DNA of 64,000 bases from Chrysomallon squamiferum (taxonomy: Eukaryota > Animalia > Mollusca), in contig CM022673.1 in NCBI GenBank assembly GCA_012295275.1, forward strand, positions 16,244,001 to 16,308,000. The letters are read 5' to 3'. Positions 42,165-55,159 of this stretch are shown piece by piece (the stretch's first letter is position 1; every line of letters starts with the position of its first letter). A model generated the notes under the pieces. The model was given only the letters and a program-made list of their open reading frames with translations. It was not told the DNA's origin and ran no database searches. A program made the translations under genes and the position numbers.

Positions 42165-43640
42165 TTTATTTATCACTCAGATATTAAGCTGTTCAGAAAA
42201 TATTATGCATAATCTCAAAAAATAATACAGAATGAAAGTTACTTTTTGTATTCTGTTCATTAAATTATGGATTTAAAATCTGGAAATTTAAGCTATTGTA
42301 AAACAGCAGATTTTAAAAATTATAAAATTGAAAATCTAGTTCCAATCACTTTTGGTGACTTAATGTACCTATCATGAAAACTGGTCAATTAAAAATAGTT
42401 AATGTAACAAAAGAATCATGTATGAAATACTGGACATGTTTTGAAGATAACTGAAAATGTTAATAGTATGTTTTGACTGCTGTGAAAATCTCATTTCACT
42501 ACAGCTAAATTTATGTATAATTATGTCTGACTGTAGCTGAATAAAAAAACCTATTAAAAATGTTATTGTTTAAGTTATTTCTTTATCATGCCCATTCAGC
42601 AGTAAAATAAAATTAATTATTAATGGCATATTTTGATTTTATTTTTATTTTTTATTTTTTATTTTTTATTTTTTTTTTAAACATACCTGTCAAAAGGGGC
42701 AAGCTGTAGCTGTATGTTTAGTGTAGAAGACTAATGTGTGTTAAGTTGTAACATCAATTTTCAGTGCACCTGTTGAATTATTGGCAGTAATACAACTCAT
42801 TTATCAAAGGCTGTGACATATTCTTAACAAACTAAGTCTAAGGGCATATAATACATACAATTCCAAATAAATATGTGTGTCTGTTTGTGGGTCTTAAAAG
42901 ATTCCTTGATGCTAAGCAAAAATGATAGCCCTTTCATCAGATTTCCTGATTCATTATCTAATAAATTTGTCTGTTATAATGTATAATTGTAAAATAAAAT
43001 GTGTTGACAGTGTCAATAAATAAACTGGGACTTTCTCTACTTAGTATAGTTTTATGGTATATCTCTGTATAATAATATATGGTGATTACTTAATGCCACA
43101 CATTGTTACTCTATTACTTCATACTGAAATATAATAATTATATTGGTATGTTCTTCAGTTAAATGGCCACATTGACAATTGTATTAACCAACTGACCAAT
43201 TTGGTCAGGAGTGGACCATACACTGACCTGTGTCCATTGATTCCTGAGCAGCTGTCTCTGTATGCCCAGGGGGTTAATTACACACTTTCTCTGTGCATTA
43301 TTAAGTAGAGAAAAATGTCCAGCACTGACAACATGAGTAACAAAACATCTTAACAAAATATGTTAGAAAACAGAACAATGACAAATATCACCAGTTAAAC
43401 ACTATAAAGCAGTTCCAAACACAAAATACACTCAACATCTAAGTTGTACATTATAAAAAAGTAACAATATATCAGTTATACATGATAAAACATTCCAAAC
43501 AGAGACAAAACATTGACAACATCTCAGTTATACATTATAAAGCAATTTTAAAATGTGACAATATATCCACATCTATTTTGTAAAACGCCTCCAAGCAAAG
43601 ACTGTCACAGACATCCCAGTTTTGTAATATGAAACTAGAT

Positions 43641-43710
<70 letters not shown>

Positions 43711-44099
43711 TATGTAAATAAATTCTTAGATAAATGAAATACAATACAAAATAAAAAATATTGTATTTTTTTTTATAAATAAAGCAAACATTTACCACAT
43801 CCTGATTTTTTTTTTTTTTTTTTTAAATTACATTTTTAAAATTATTTTTATTTGTACTTTATTTTTCAGAATAATACATGTTTCCTTTTAGATGAGATGC
43901 AGAAAAAAATATTATTTTCCCCTATTAATAAATAAACACAATTACATCATATCACTGTACTTGTTTAGTAAAGTGACCATGTCATATAATACTATTCTAC
44001 AGTCAGCCGCTATATGCACACAGCCATTCATTCACAACATGTCCTGTTCATGAATTAAAATAAATTAGTTATTCATGTAGCTATTTCCTGGGCTTGGGT

Positions 44100-44170
44100 G
44101 TTTATTTTTTTGTTTATTTATTTATTTTAAATTTTATTTTTTAATTTTTTATTTTTTTATTTATTTATTT

Positions 44171-44202
<32 letters not shown>

Positions 44203-44397
44203 TTATTTTTTTTTTTATTTTATTTTTTTTTTTTTAATTTTATTATTTTTTTTATTTTTTTTTTTTTTTATTATTTTTTTTTATTTTTAAATTTAATTTT
44301 TTTTTTTTTTTTTTTATTTTTATTTATTTTTTTTTTTTTTTTTTTTTTTTTATTTTAATTTTTTTTTTTTATTTATTTATTTATTTTTTTTTTTTTG
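44100..44397. repeat. ~300-bp T-rich low-complexity tract (T/TTTA)
   Basis: Direct reading; almost only T and A. Confidence 0.9.
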
Positions 44398-44802
44398 TGT
44401 GAGAGCATTTGCTTTTTATCCTTATGAGATAACAGAGGCATGTAATATCACAAGAAATTTTCATGGATCACAAAAGCTAGTAACAAAATATGGATGGCAT
44501 TAAGCAGAAATATATATATCATTTTCTTCTTCTTCTTGTTCTTCTAAAAATAAACGTGTTGATCAAGTCAAAATCCATATTTAACTTTTTGAAATAACTC
44601 TAAAGAAAACAAACAAAAACCTATCCTAGTGTGTGATTTGTTTGACGTCATTGACACCACATAACTCATAAACAAGAATGCGAAGGTCTCACGTGCCAGT
44701 TTTTGAAAATGTCATAGAGATTAACACTTTTCTTCTGTAATTATCAGCATTGCTTTTAGTTACTTTAGCAGCAGTCAGTGCACCCTTTGATATTTAGAGT
44801 AT

Positions 44803-44836
<34 letters not shown>

Positions 44837-45237
44837 TATTCCTTATATTTTTTAAATTTATTATTATTATTATTATTATTTATTTATTTAAAAATATATA
44901 TATATATAAAATGCATGTATTAACATTCTTATTTTAAAATTCTGCTATAATTATCTCCATCAGTCACTAATGCAATTTCATATTTATTTAATGTATATGA
45001 CAGTGTTAGTTTTAATATTTCAATGATGTAATTATGTATTATGCTGTCTTATTATTTTAAAAAAAAAAAAAATCTTTTCTAAATGTTTTAGTTTCAAAAT
45101 AGGGTAATGTTATTAAATATAAAATTAAAATGGAATACAAATAGCAATGGCATAGCAACTATAATTTTAAATCGCATTATTATTAATGTTATAGTGGTTG
45201 TTATTATTATTAGTACTACTAATATTACAATTGATAC

Positions 45238-45312
<75 letters not shown>

Positions 45313-45322
45313 CATCATCATT
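45238..45322. repeat. (TAT)n/(CAT)n microsatellite; similar arrays at ~43640-43710, 46000-46120, 46560-46630, 60355-60790
   Basis: Direct reading; source of the poly-Ile/Asn ORF artefacts. Confidence 0.9.
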
Positions 45323-46072
45323 ATCCTAGGTGTTGTTATTATTGGTATTGTCGTTCTTCTTAAAACATTTATATAATGATAAAACAAAATTAAAAATATA
45401 ATTTTGAAATACAAAAAGAAAAGAAAAAAGAAATGAAAAAGCAACAACAACAAGAACATTTTTTTATTATTTTCTGAGATTACCAACATTTCTAAGATAT
45501 ATTTACTCACTCATACGTTTTGAAAAAAAAGAAAAGAAAAAAGAGTACCCTCAAAAAAACTTGAAAGAACTGGAGAAGTGAAAAACATATCAATATCTGT
45601 GTATTCAGTTCTGATAATGCTACACTGATAAGAGTAATATGTCCTCTCTGTATTGTAAAACCCTGTAACTATTTTTTATATTTTGTAATATCTAATAGTT
45701 TAATGTATCCCTATTTGATACCCCCAAGTTAGCTTGTGATATCTAATATATATCTTCCTGTGGGTTGTACTGCAGCCTGTTATGTCCATTTGTAAATACC
45801 TCCAAGTTAGACTACGATATGTAATTCCAGTGTCATCATATTCTTACAAGAATATCGATTAAAAATGAAAGAATTTGAACAAATCTGGTAATTGAAAAAT
45901 ATTGATACCATTATTGACTTTAGGCTGTTTTGTTGAGTTTTTTTACTTCATTTTTATTCTTTTTTATGTGTTTTTTTTTGTTGTTGTTGCTTTAATTTTA
46001 TTATTATTATTATTATCATCATCATCATCTGCATCAGCACCATCTTCTACTTCATCATCATCATTATTATTA

Positions 46073-46124
<52 letters not shown>

Positions 46125-46558
46125 GTTTAATGATAATTATATATTCTCTCAGGTTCTTTGCTACAAGCAAACTGGATTGGAAACTGAGTATCATTAATAT
46201 TTATAATAAATTAAACAAAATCCTGCTGGTTTCATAAACTGTTAATTAATTTTTTTAAAGTCTTGTTCAAGAAAAAAAGTTAAAAAAAAAAAAAAAAGGA
46301 AGTGAAAATTTTGCAACATATTTTTTAAATACATTTTTGAAACTGCAAATTGGTTGCTTTCTTATGAAGAGATAACATTGAAATTATTTACTAAATAAAA
46401 AATTATTGTGGGATTATTCATAATACTTTTATGTCATTTGTATATTTACAACAGACTTTGTAAAACATTATATAAATTGCTTTAAAACTTTCATATAAGA
46501 AAATACCAAATGTTTGAACTTTTTAATTTATTATTAATTTTAATTAAGCTCATACCTA

Positions 46559-46629
<71 letters not shown>

Positions 46630-47982
46630 TTTATTTTTTTTTTTTTTTAAGATTTATTATTAGTTATGTTAAATCTCATTATTTATAAATAGACTATATT
46701 TTTGTTGGGACCTCCATTTACTTTTTCTTTTTATTTTTGATATTCTTTAGTGTTTTTATTTAAAAAAGATATAGTGAGTTTATTTAAATATGTTTGATAA
46801 GCCCTTGAGTATGTATGTATAATATTTTCTGTGTATTATAGAGTTGTAAGAGATGACAACACTAATTTTATCAAAATAAACTTACAGCTATTGATAAATT
46901 CTGAGGGTAGCCAGTGCATCAAGGAGGAAGTTTTTTCACAGAACATAATAGATGTTAATCCACATAAAGAAGCCTTATTTTTACTTTACCAAAATACATA
47001 ATAAAATCCACATTTCCGTCACTTCCTTTTCATTTCTTCTTGATTATGTCTTTTTCTGATTTCATTTTTCCTTCTTTGTTTTTTTTCTATCTGTTCATTT
47101 TTCTTTTCTGTTCTCTCTCTCATTTTATATTTTATTTTATTTTTTATTAACTTTCATTTTTCACTTTTCTTTTTATTTCTTTACTTTTTCTTCTTATTCT
47201 TTGTTTCTGTTTTCATTTAATTCATTCTTTTCTTTTTCTCCTTCTAGTTCAGTCTTCTATCTTTTCTTATTTTATTTTTCTTTCTTCTCTTTTTTCTTTT
47301 CTTTCTTCTTTTTCATGCTTCTTTCTTTTCTTTTTTCTATTTTATTTTCTTTCTTTTATTTTCTTACTTTCTGATAAATAAAATAGTACCATAACAAGCA
47401 AATCTGAACAGTTCTAAAACTATGCTAAAAATAACAAACGTGTTGTTCAAATTAACAATCTCTCTGTTACAGAATTCTGTAAATATATCATATATATCTA
47501 ATATTAATTTTTCAAAAATATCACAAGCTATTTTTGTATAAAAAATCTGCTAATGGCTGAAAAATTCATATTAAAAATATATATGTATAGATTTACCACT
47601 TGACATTTAGTCTTAAACAGAATTATAAGTTCCATATATAGATATATATATACACACACATTTCATCTGTTTGCTCATCGAAAATGCAATAACAAAAAAA
47701 GCCTGAGATATTTTTATCTCTGTCTTGACAAAAAAGGAAAAGAAATTATGTTCATACGTCTGAATTAAATAAGATTAAAGATGTCTATCTTGGTCACAGA
47801 TGTGTAATTAAGGATAAAAAGAAAGATTCAAGACTTGCTTTCTTTAGTTTTCTTTCTTTCTTTTTTTTTCAGTTAATTTTTATACTTTTTTTATTATATT
47901 TATTTATTTATTTATTTATTTATTTATTATATTTACTTGTTTGTTTTGTTTATTTATTTATCATCATCATCATTATCAGTCA

Positions 47983-48868
47983 CTGAAGGTTAATGCAGAC
48001 AAGACCAAAGTGATGATTTTCACTTCTAAACATAACTCAAAGGAAGATGACAACATATGAGTTACCTTTGGTCATGCTACCATATCTTTCAGTACATGTG
48101 TGAGAAATCTTGGTGCTATGTTTGATTCTACAGTGGACTTGTGATGTCATGACTGGACAACTGCAATGGACTACTAACATTTTGTCTAATACCTTGCTCA
48201 ACAAACTGCAACAGGTGCAAACACAGCAGCATGCATTGTTATCTGGACATCACATCACAGTCACATATCACCAGAACTGAAGGAGCTCCACTGCTTGCCT
48301 GTCCCCTGGAGGATAGAGTTCAAACTCCTGGTCCACATACTTTGAAATATCGTGTATAGGCCAAGTGAGAATCAATGATCACAGAATTCATTAAGATTAG
48401 TAACATCAAATATAAGAACAACTACATATGGCCAGAGATGTTTCATTTATGCTGCACTGACTGAGTGGAACTCACTTCCAAGTAACATCAAGGTGGCTGA
48501 AACATCAGCTACATTCAAAACACTATTAAATATCCATTTCTTTCAAATCCACTTTGTTAATATATAGTTATGTTGTATTTTTCCAATTTTAAAATAAAAA
48601 GCTAGTCTATTAATTATCTTATACAATTTTTAAATGTGTCATTTATTTTTACCACTATATTAACAAGTTCACCATTATGTATACATTTATTTTAATATGT
48701 TTATGTCCATTTTATATTTCAGTTTATTAGTTTACACTGTAAAGCACTTTCAAATTTAGTTAGTATGGAAAAGGTGCTGTATAAACATCAAAAATAATAG
48801 TAATTAATATCATTATTGGTATTACTACTATTATTATTATTATTATTATCATTGTCATCATCATCATT
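47983..48868 (+). mobile_element. 5'-truncated, decayed L2/Crack-type LINE (ORF2 C-terminus + 3' UTR + (TAT)n tail) with 11-bp target-site duplication
   Basis: Broken frames read LKVNADKTKVMIF, VRNLGAMFDS, LDNCNGLL, KLQQVQ..TAA, HISPELKELHCLPVPWRIEFKLLV, YGQRCFIYAALTEWNSLPSNIK and FKTLLNIHFF, typical of the L2-clade RT C-terminal region. The 3' end gtaaagcacttt...gaaaaggtgctgtataaa is followed by a TAT tail. ATTATCAGTCA flanks both sides (47972-47982, 48869-48879). Confidence 0.88.
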
Positions 48869-49769
48869 ATTATCAGTCATTATCATTATTATTGTTACTA
48901 TTATTATTTTTGTTATTATCAAAGAACAATTGTATAAAGTTAGTAGAAATGTACAAAACTAAAACAATTTTATAAAATGAACAATAATAAATACAAAGGT
49001 TTAGATGAACTGTTTACAATCAATTAAATTACAAAGATAAATTGTTTAAATCAAGACAGATTTGTGTAAGAATTGTGTAAGAATTGTTTTCATCTTGAAC
49101 ATTTGAAACATTTTTAAAATCTAGGCAGAAGCGAATGATATTAAAAGAATAGTCCAAAAACCAGACACAAATATCCAATATGAAAAGTACTATAAAACTG
49201 AGAAATTGTTGGAACTAGAATATGTATTGCACTAGAAATCATGACAACTGAAAATAGACAATTGTATAATACTATAAGAATTATGACATTTCTTCATTTT
49301 TATTTATTTTTTAACCCTAAATGGATTTTATCAAATTAGACAATTATATTGAACTAGAAAGACTGTAAAAAACTTGACAACTGTATAAAATTGGCTAACG
49401 TCTTGCAGCTGTACAAAATTAGACAGTTGTAAGACATTGAAAGGACTGAAAAAATGAGATAATTATTAGACACAAGAATATTTATATAAATTTATAAAAC
49501 AATTACATAAAACTATACACTTTCTGTCCTTTATGATCAAATCTTTCTTCATCTCTCTCTAAAGAAATAAATACTTCTTTAAAGCGACCACTTTAATAAT
49601 ATTTTCATCACAAAACAATGTAAAAAAAAAAACCAGCAAATATTTATACATAAAAATAAAAAACATTATTCATTTTTCATGAGTTCATTCTAGTTCTTAT
49701 GATATCTTATACAAGATGGTTCATAATTAACGGCTCTTTGCTAAAATCAATGATGACAAATTTCGTACT

Positions 49770-49930
49770 GCACCTTTCTCGGTCGGAACGTGGCAGAAGC
49801 AGAGAGCAGTAAGTTGTACAGCAAATTAACTCATGTATTATGTATGTCTGCTCGTCGCAGACAGACACCAGCTTGTGTCAAATTTTTACTTACTTGATAA
49901 TTGTTTCGTCAACACATGAAAGTTGTGACG
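49770..49930 (+). other. Candidate non-coding first exon A of a downstream + strand gene
   Basis: Local CpG-rich, higher-GC island ending at a donor CG|GTAAGA (49931). No credible ORF. Confidence 0.4.
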
Positions 49931-50883
49931 GTAAGAATTTTTCGTGGACTGCGTTTGTTTTTATAGTATATAGAGTTTGTTTATTTATTTTTATTTTTAT
50001 TTGTTTGTTTGTTTGTTTGTTTATTTATTAACTTTTATTTTAAATATTAATTAAAATTTTATACAATTTAGTCAAATGTTTTTACTGAAAGTATTTATTT
50101 TCAATTTTAAAATTTGTTGAATTTTTATTCATTGAATTTGTGATTCTAATTGTTATACTTTATACGACTATAAAATAAACATTTCAAAGTAAAAATAAGT
50201 AAATAAACTAATTTTAGTGTTGCTATTTAATTAAGATTATTTTAAACATTAATATATACTATATATATATATATGAAAATTTGATCATTGGAAATAAAAA
50301 GCAGCAAAGCAGTAGTAGAAAGTAAAACCAAAAGTTTTTTAATTTTAGAATTAAACATTTTTTTCTGCTTGATTTTTTTTTGGTATATTAATGTTGTGAT
50401 TATAAATCACATTGTATGTGTTTGTGTGTGTGTGTATGTGTGTGTGAATGCCCCAAAATCTAATTTAAATTTTCTTAGAAATTCTGGGTTTTTTTACTGA
50501 TGGAAAGGATTATTGTTATTACTCTTATTGTTGTTGTGTTGTTACAGTTATACTGAATTTATGTTTTATTTCATTTATGTAAATACATAAGTACTCACAT
50601 GCCTAGTAATGTTTGACATTTTTAAGTATGAAATCAACTAAGTAATTATAAGTGTTCTCAGTTATACTGCCAAAGTAATGATAATCATAATTACTTTTAA
50701 ATTTTCAACCATGAATGTGTTAAGAAAGAACATAAAGAGTAAACTAAAAAATCAAATAGTTGAAACATTTTCCTCAATTTCTACTATTTATAAATAAAAC
50801 AATCAAACAAAGATAAAGTTTACATTGTTATTGTTTAAATGTCATTTGGTATACTTCAGCTTTCAGTAAATTCTATTTAATCC

Positions 50884-50945
50884 CCAAAATGGCCTCTGGG
50901 AAAAGTTTAAACCATGTTTGCTGTTCTGATTGGTCGGCCATTTTG
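50884..50945. promoter_or_regulatory. Inverted pair of YY1-type motifs flanking a CCAAT box
   Basis: CAAAATGGCC ... CTGATTGG ... GGCCATTTTG; the two outer motifs form a 10-bp perfect inverted repeat. Confidence 0.4.
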
Positions 50946-51883
50946 TTTTTACTTTACTAAGCTAGAGCTCATGGTATTGTATTTAATGGAAATGATCAAA
51001 TGTTATTATTTTAAAATATATATATATATATTTATTAGTTTTTCGGAGTTTAATGTACACTGTTATGTTGAAACAAAAAAATAGATCAGGTAATGATATC
51101 TTGACACATTCAAGTTAACATGGACTTTTAAACCCCTGATATTTTAGCTCTGTAGTGCTTATTATATAATCAAAAATAAAAATTTGCACATGGCAATGTT
51201 TGAAAGTTTGCATCCCCTTTTTCTTTCTGCCTTTTTTTATTTCTTTTTATACCTTCTTACTCTCCATTAATGTCTATATATAGTTTTCATCTTTATCTCT
51301 TTGTTATTATCTTCTTTATTCTTGCCTCTTTCTTTCTCTTTATCTTCATCTTTCTATCCCTCTTTTCTCTTCCTATCTCTTGTTTTCAGACTATCTCTTC
51401 CTGTCTCGTCACCTCTTCTTTCTCTCTTTCTTTCTCTCTCACTGTATGTATGTATTTGTTCATATATGTGTGTCTGTCTATAATTGCAGACATATATACA
51501 CTCACATTGCACCACAACCTTTTCATTATGGCAGTAAACAGTGTGTAACAATGGTTTGATTAGAAATGCATGTTGGCAAACTCGATATTTTGGCAGTGGG
51601 ACAAGAATGACAATTCACGTAAACCGTTTTCTCTCTCGTATTTCTGAAAAACACATTCCACCTCTTCTTATTCATAAAGTACAAAGTGTCAGTGACCCAC
51701 TTGTTTGGTTCTTCCTTTCATTAAACATTTTGGTGGAGAATGGTGTCTTTTAATTCATAAATGACCCCCCCTTTTTTTTTTGAAGAAAAAAAAAGAAATA
51801 AAAAGTTAATAATTGTTATTTATTTGTAGCATAGTATACAAATTTAATATAAAACCTACCATTTACTTTGCTATATGTGAATT

Positions 51884-51917
<34 letters not shown>

Positions 51918-52868
51918 TCTGTTGATGTTGAAAATAACATATGAATGAGTTCAAAAACCTCTAAAGAGAAAAACTTAAAAATATATTTTATGGAAAGTTA
52001 TTAAGTCCAACATTTCAGTTTATTTAAAAAAAAAAAAGTTTAATTTATTTATTTTATTAGTACAAGTAATGATATGAGCAGTTGTAGAAGCAGCAGCAGT
52101 ACACACACACACACATACACACACATATACACATACATACACAGACAAGCACTCATATCTCTATTATTATTCTCTCATTTATTCAACAAGAATATTTCTC
52201 TGTTAGATGTGTTTACCTTTAAGAACTAATAAGAAATCAATGTCATCCATATTTAAACAGTCTGTTGAAATCTTAGAACACAGAAATCTTTAACATCAAA
52301 ACTCAAGTGGGAGATGAATTTCTGTCATCTCACAACTCATATTAAAACTCATTTTTGTGTTTACTTTTTCATCTTTTGAGTGAAGAATATGGAATATTTG
52401 GATTAAAGGAAAATTTTGATGTTTAAGATTATTATCTTTTTTCAGGTGAGTCTTCTTTGAGCAAGCAATATTTTATATATGACTGGTTTAATTTGAGCAT
52501 GACTCATGTGATGTGAGTAAGGAATATTTTATATATTTCTGTCTTAATGTGAATATGACCATTGTTGTGAGCAAGCAGTATTTTATATGAAAATGTCCAC
52601 TGTTAGGTGCCAAGGACAAAACTGTAGTCCAGTGGTCAGAATTCTCAGTTGAAACACAACAGGATAAAGGATCAAGTATCCTCACTGTGCCTTTTACTTT
52701 ATTTTCTCTTTCAACCAGTCCACAGAAAGACTTTCTACTTTGGAAACATTTATCAATATCAGTCTTAATTTGTTTCTTCTTTATTTTTTTCTCATCAGTA
52801 CATCTTTCTGCTTAATAATCAGTCAGTCTGTCTGTCCATCTGTCTGTCTGTCAGTCTCTTAACTGATT

Positions 52869-52897
52869 TCCTGTCTCGGTCAATCACCGAGACAGGA
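52869..52897. other. Perfect 12-bp GC-rich hairpin with 5-nt loop
   Basis: TCCTGTCTCGGT-CAATC-ACCGAGACAGGA. Confidence 0.85.
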
Positions 52898-53194
52898 TTA
52901 CCACTTAGCAGCCACTGATCCCAGGAAGAGCGGTTATAACACGCAAAACATTTTCTTTTTTCCTGGCCAGATAACCACACTGTATAAACACGTTTCTTAC
53001 AAACAGTGTTTTGTCTTGAGGCAATATGAAATCAAATCTTAGTGATAATGTAAACACTCTGAGGCAATATCTCAGAGTATTTAGCTGTTATTATTTTTCA
53101 CACGTAGACCAAAGCTTGGAATCTCTGCAGTGTATCAGTTTTAAGTGTGAGATATTTGTGTTTTGTGGCCTGTTACAGCCAAAAAGTTACTGAA

Positions 53195-53655
53195 AATTGT
53201 TTAGAGTGATAGTCACTATATATTTAAGAGTAGCAGACACTATACACTTAGAATAACAGTAATTAAACATTTAATGTAACAGTCTGAATTTATTTAGAGT
53301 AACAGTCACTGTTCATTTAGAGTAACAGTCACTATACACTTACAGTAATAATCATTAAATATTTAATGTAATAGTCCCTCTTTATTTACAGTAATAGTAA
53401 CTGTACATTTAAACTAATAGTCACTAACTAGAGTAATAGTCACTTTACATTTTAAGTAATAGTAACAACATATTTAGAATAACAGTAACTATTAGGATAA
53501 CAGTTACCATATATGGAAAACAACAGTCACTGATATGGTTTAATTTAGAGTAAGAGACACCATGTATTTGAAGTAATAATCAGTTTGTATTTAGAGGAAA
53601 TAGTCATTATGCATTCAGACTGAAAACCATTATACATTTAAGTAATAGTCTCTTA
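53195..53655. repeat. Degenerate ~23-bp minisatellite (tttagagtaacagtcactataca)
   Basis: Roughly 20 diverged tandem copies. Confidence 0.85.
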
Positions 53656-53779
53656 ACATTTTACATAAAGTTTCTTCATTATCAATATACTTTTGAAGGT
53701 ATTGAGCCAGTTTTGTTTTAAATTTTTAGTTTGTGTCTTCAGCTTCTATATCTTGTGTATCTTCAGTAGCAGTAGTATA

Positions 53780-53831
<52 letters not shown>

Positions 53832-54390
53832 ATATCTGTGGGGAGTGGGAAAGAAAAACCTGTAACTTCTTGTTTAATTAGCTGTAGTATCTATACTTTA
53901 TCTAGTGAACTGAATTATACAGTTGTTTCATCTGTGATATAATGCTTACAATATGACAGAATAACTGCCTGGAAATGTTCCAAAAACTTCACTTTGCTTT
54001 ACCACCTGTTAAAGTTCATTGTGAGTTATCACTGAGAAAGAGACCTGTATCATTTAGAGTTTATGTACTCGATCTTCGAAATAGCTAATATTTAAATATG
54101 TCTATCAAAAACCCTGTATTCCTCAACCAAGTTTAAGAACTTAATGTTATATGAATGCTTCAAAGCCGTCAAACGACAGATTAAGTGTTTTTTGTGTTAA
54201 TGGTTCAAACTCCCTGAAAGCTACGTTATGTATCTTTTGTTTGAATTGTTCAAATTTCTCAGAATCTCAAATTAAGTATCTTTTGTGTGAATAGTTCATT
54301 TTTGGTTATCTGTGCTTCTGACATAGATACAATATTTTGACTTGTGGATGTTGTCTGTGATAAAATTACTCTTAAATGATTTAAACAAAG

Positions 54391-54400
54391 TCTCGCGAGA
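54391..54400. promoter_or_regulatory. TCTCGCGAGA palindrome (CGCG/BANP-type promoter element)
   Basis: Exact 10-bp match; double-CpG core retained in CpG-poor sequence. Confidence 0.45.
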
Positions 54401-54959
54401 TGTAAATGTAGACACGATATGGTTTGATATTCAGTGTCCAAAGGGAATTTGTCAGAAGATTAGCTAACAAATTTATGTGTTCTCTTTTGTACATTTCTTT
54501 ATTTCTGCAATAAAAATAAAGATAGTGGATATATTAGCTAATAAAATGGAAATGATTCTGTCTTTAATGCACATAATGGAAACCAAAATAATCATAATAA
54601 TAATAATAATAAAGATATAGCAAATGTGTTTTAAACTTAGGTATCACTTTATTTATGAAATGGTAATTTATTTTTCATTGTAAATAAGTGAGCTTTATGT
54701 TTACATATTTCATTGTGTAGGCAAAAAAAAATAGATACATAAAGAAAGAAATAAAGCAAATGGAATGTTCTTTATCAGTACAATTTCCATTTACTTGATG
54801 ACTGAGAAAGATGGAAGCCAGTTGACAGATAGCCAGACAGACAGACAGACAAAGTTACACAGAGACAGAGAGATTGATAGATCGCAAAGGAGAAAGATGG
54901 ACTGGCGAAGAACGCAATAAATAATAGTTTTTATTATTACTTGTATTTTCCAACAGAAA

Positions 54960-55128
54960 ATGTAGTAGTAGTAAAGGTGTTATTAACAACAGTAGTAGTA
55001 GTAGTGGTAGTAGTAGTACTAGTAGTGATAGTAGTGGTAGTAAATGTGTTATTAACAACAGTAGTAGTAGTAGTGGTAGTTGAAGTAGTAGTAGTGATAG
55101 TAGTAGTAGTAAAGGTGTTATTAACAAC

Positions 55129-55159
<31 letters not shown>
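54960..55159. repeat. (GTA)n array punctuated by three aa(g/a)(g/t)gtgttattaacaac units
   Basis: Direct reading; source of the poly-Thr/Val/Leu ORFs. Confidence 0.9.

Noticed and set aside
44173-46237. ORFs rich in poly-Phe/Ile/Asn
   Set aside because: Translations of T-tracts and (TAT)n microsatellites.
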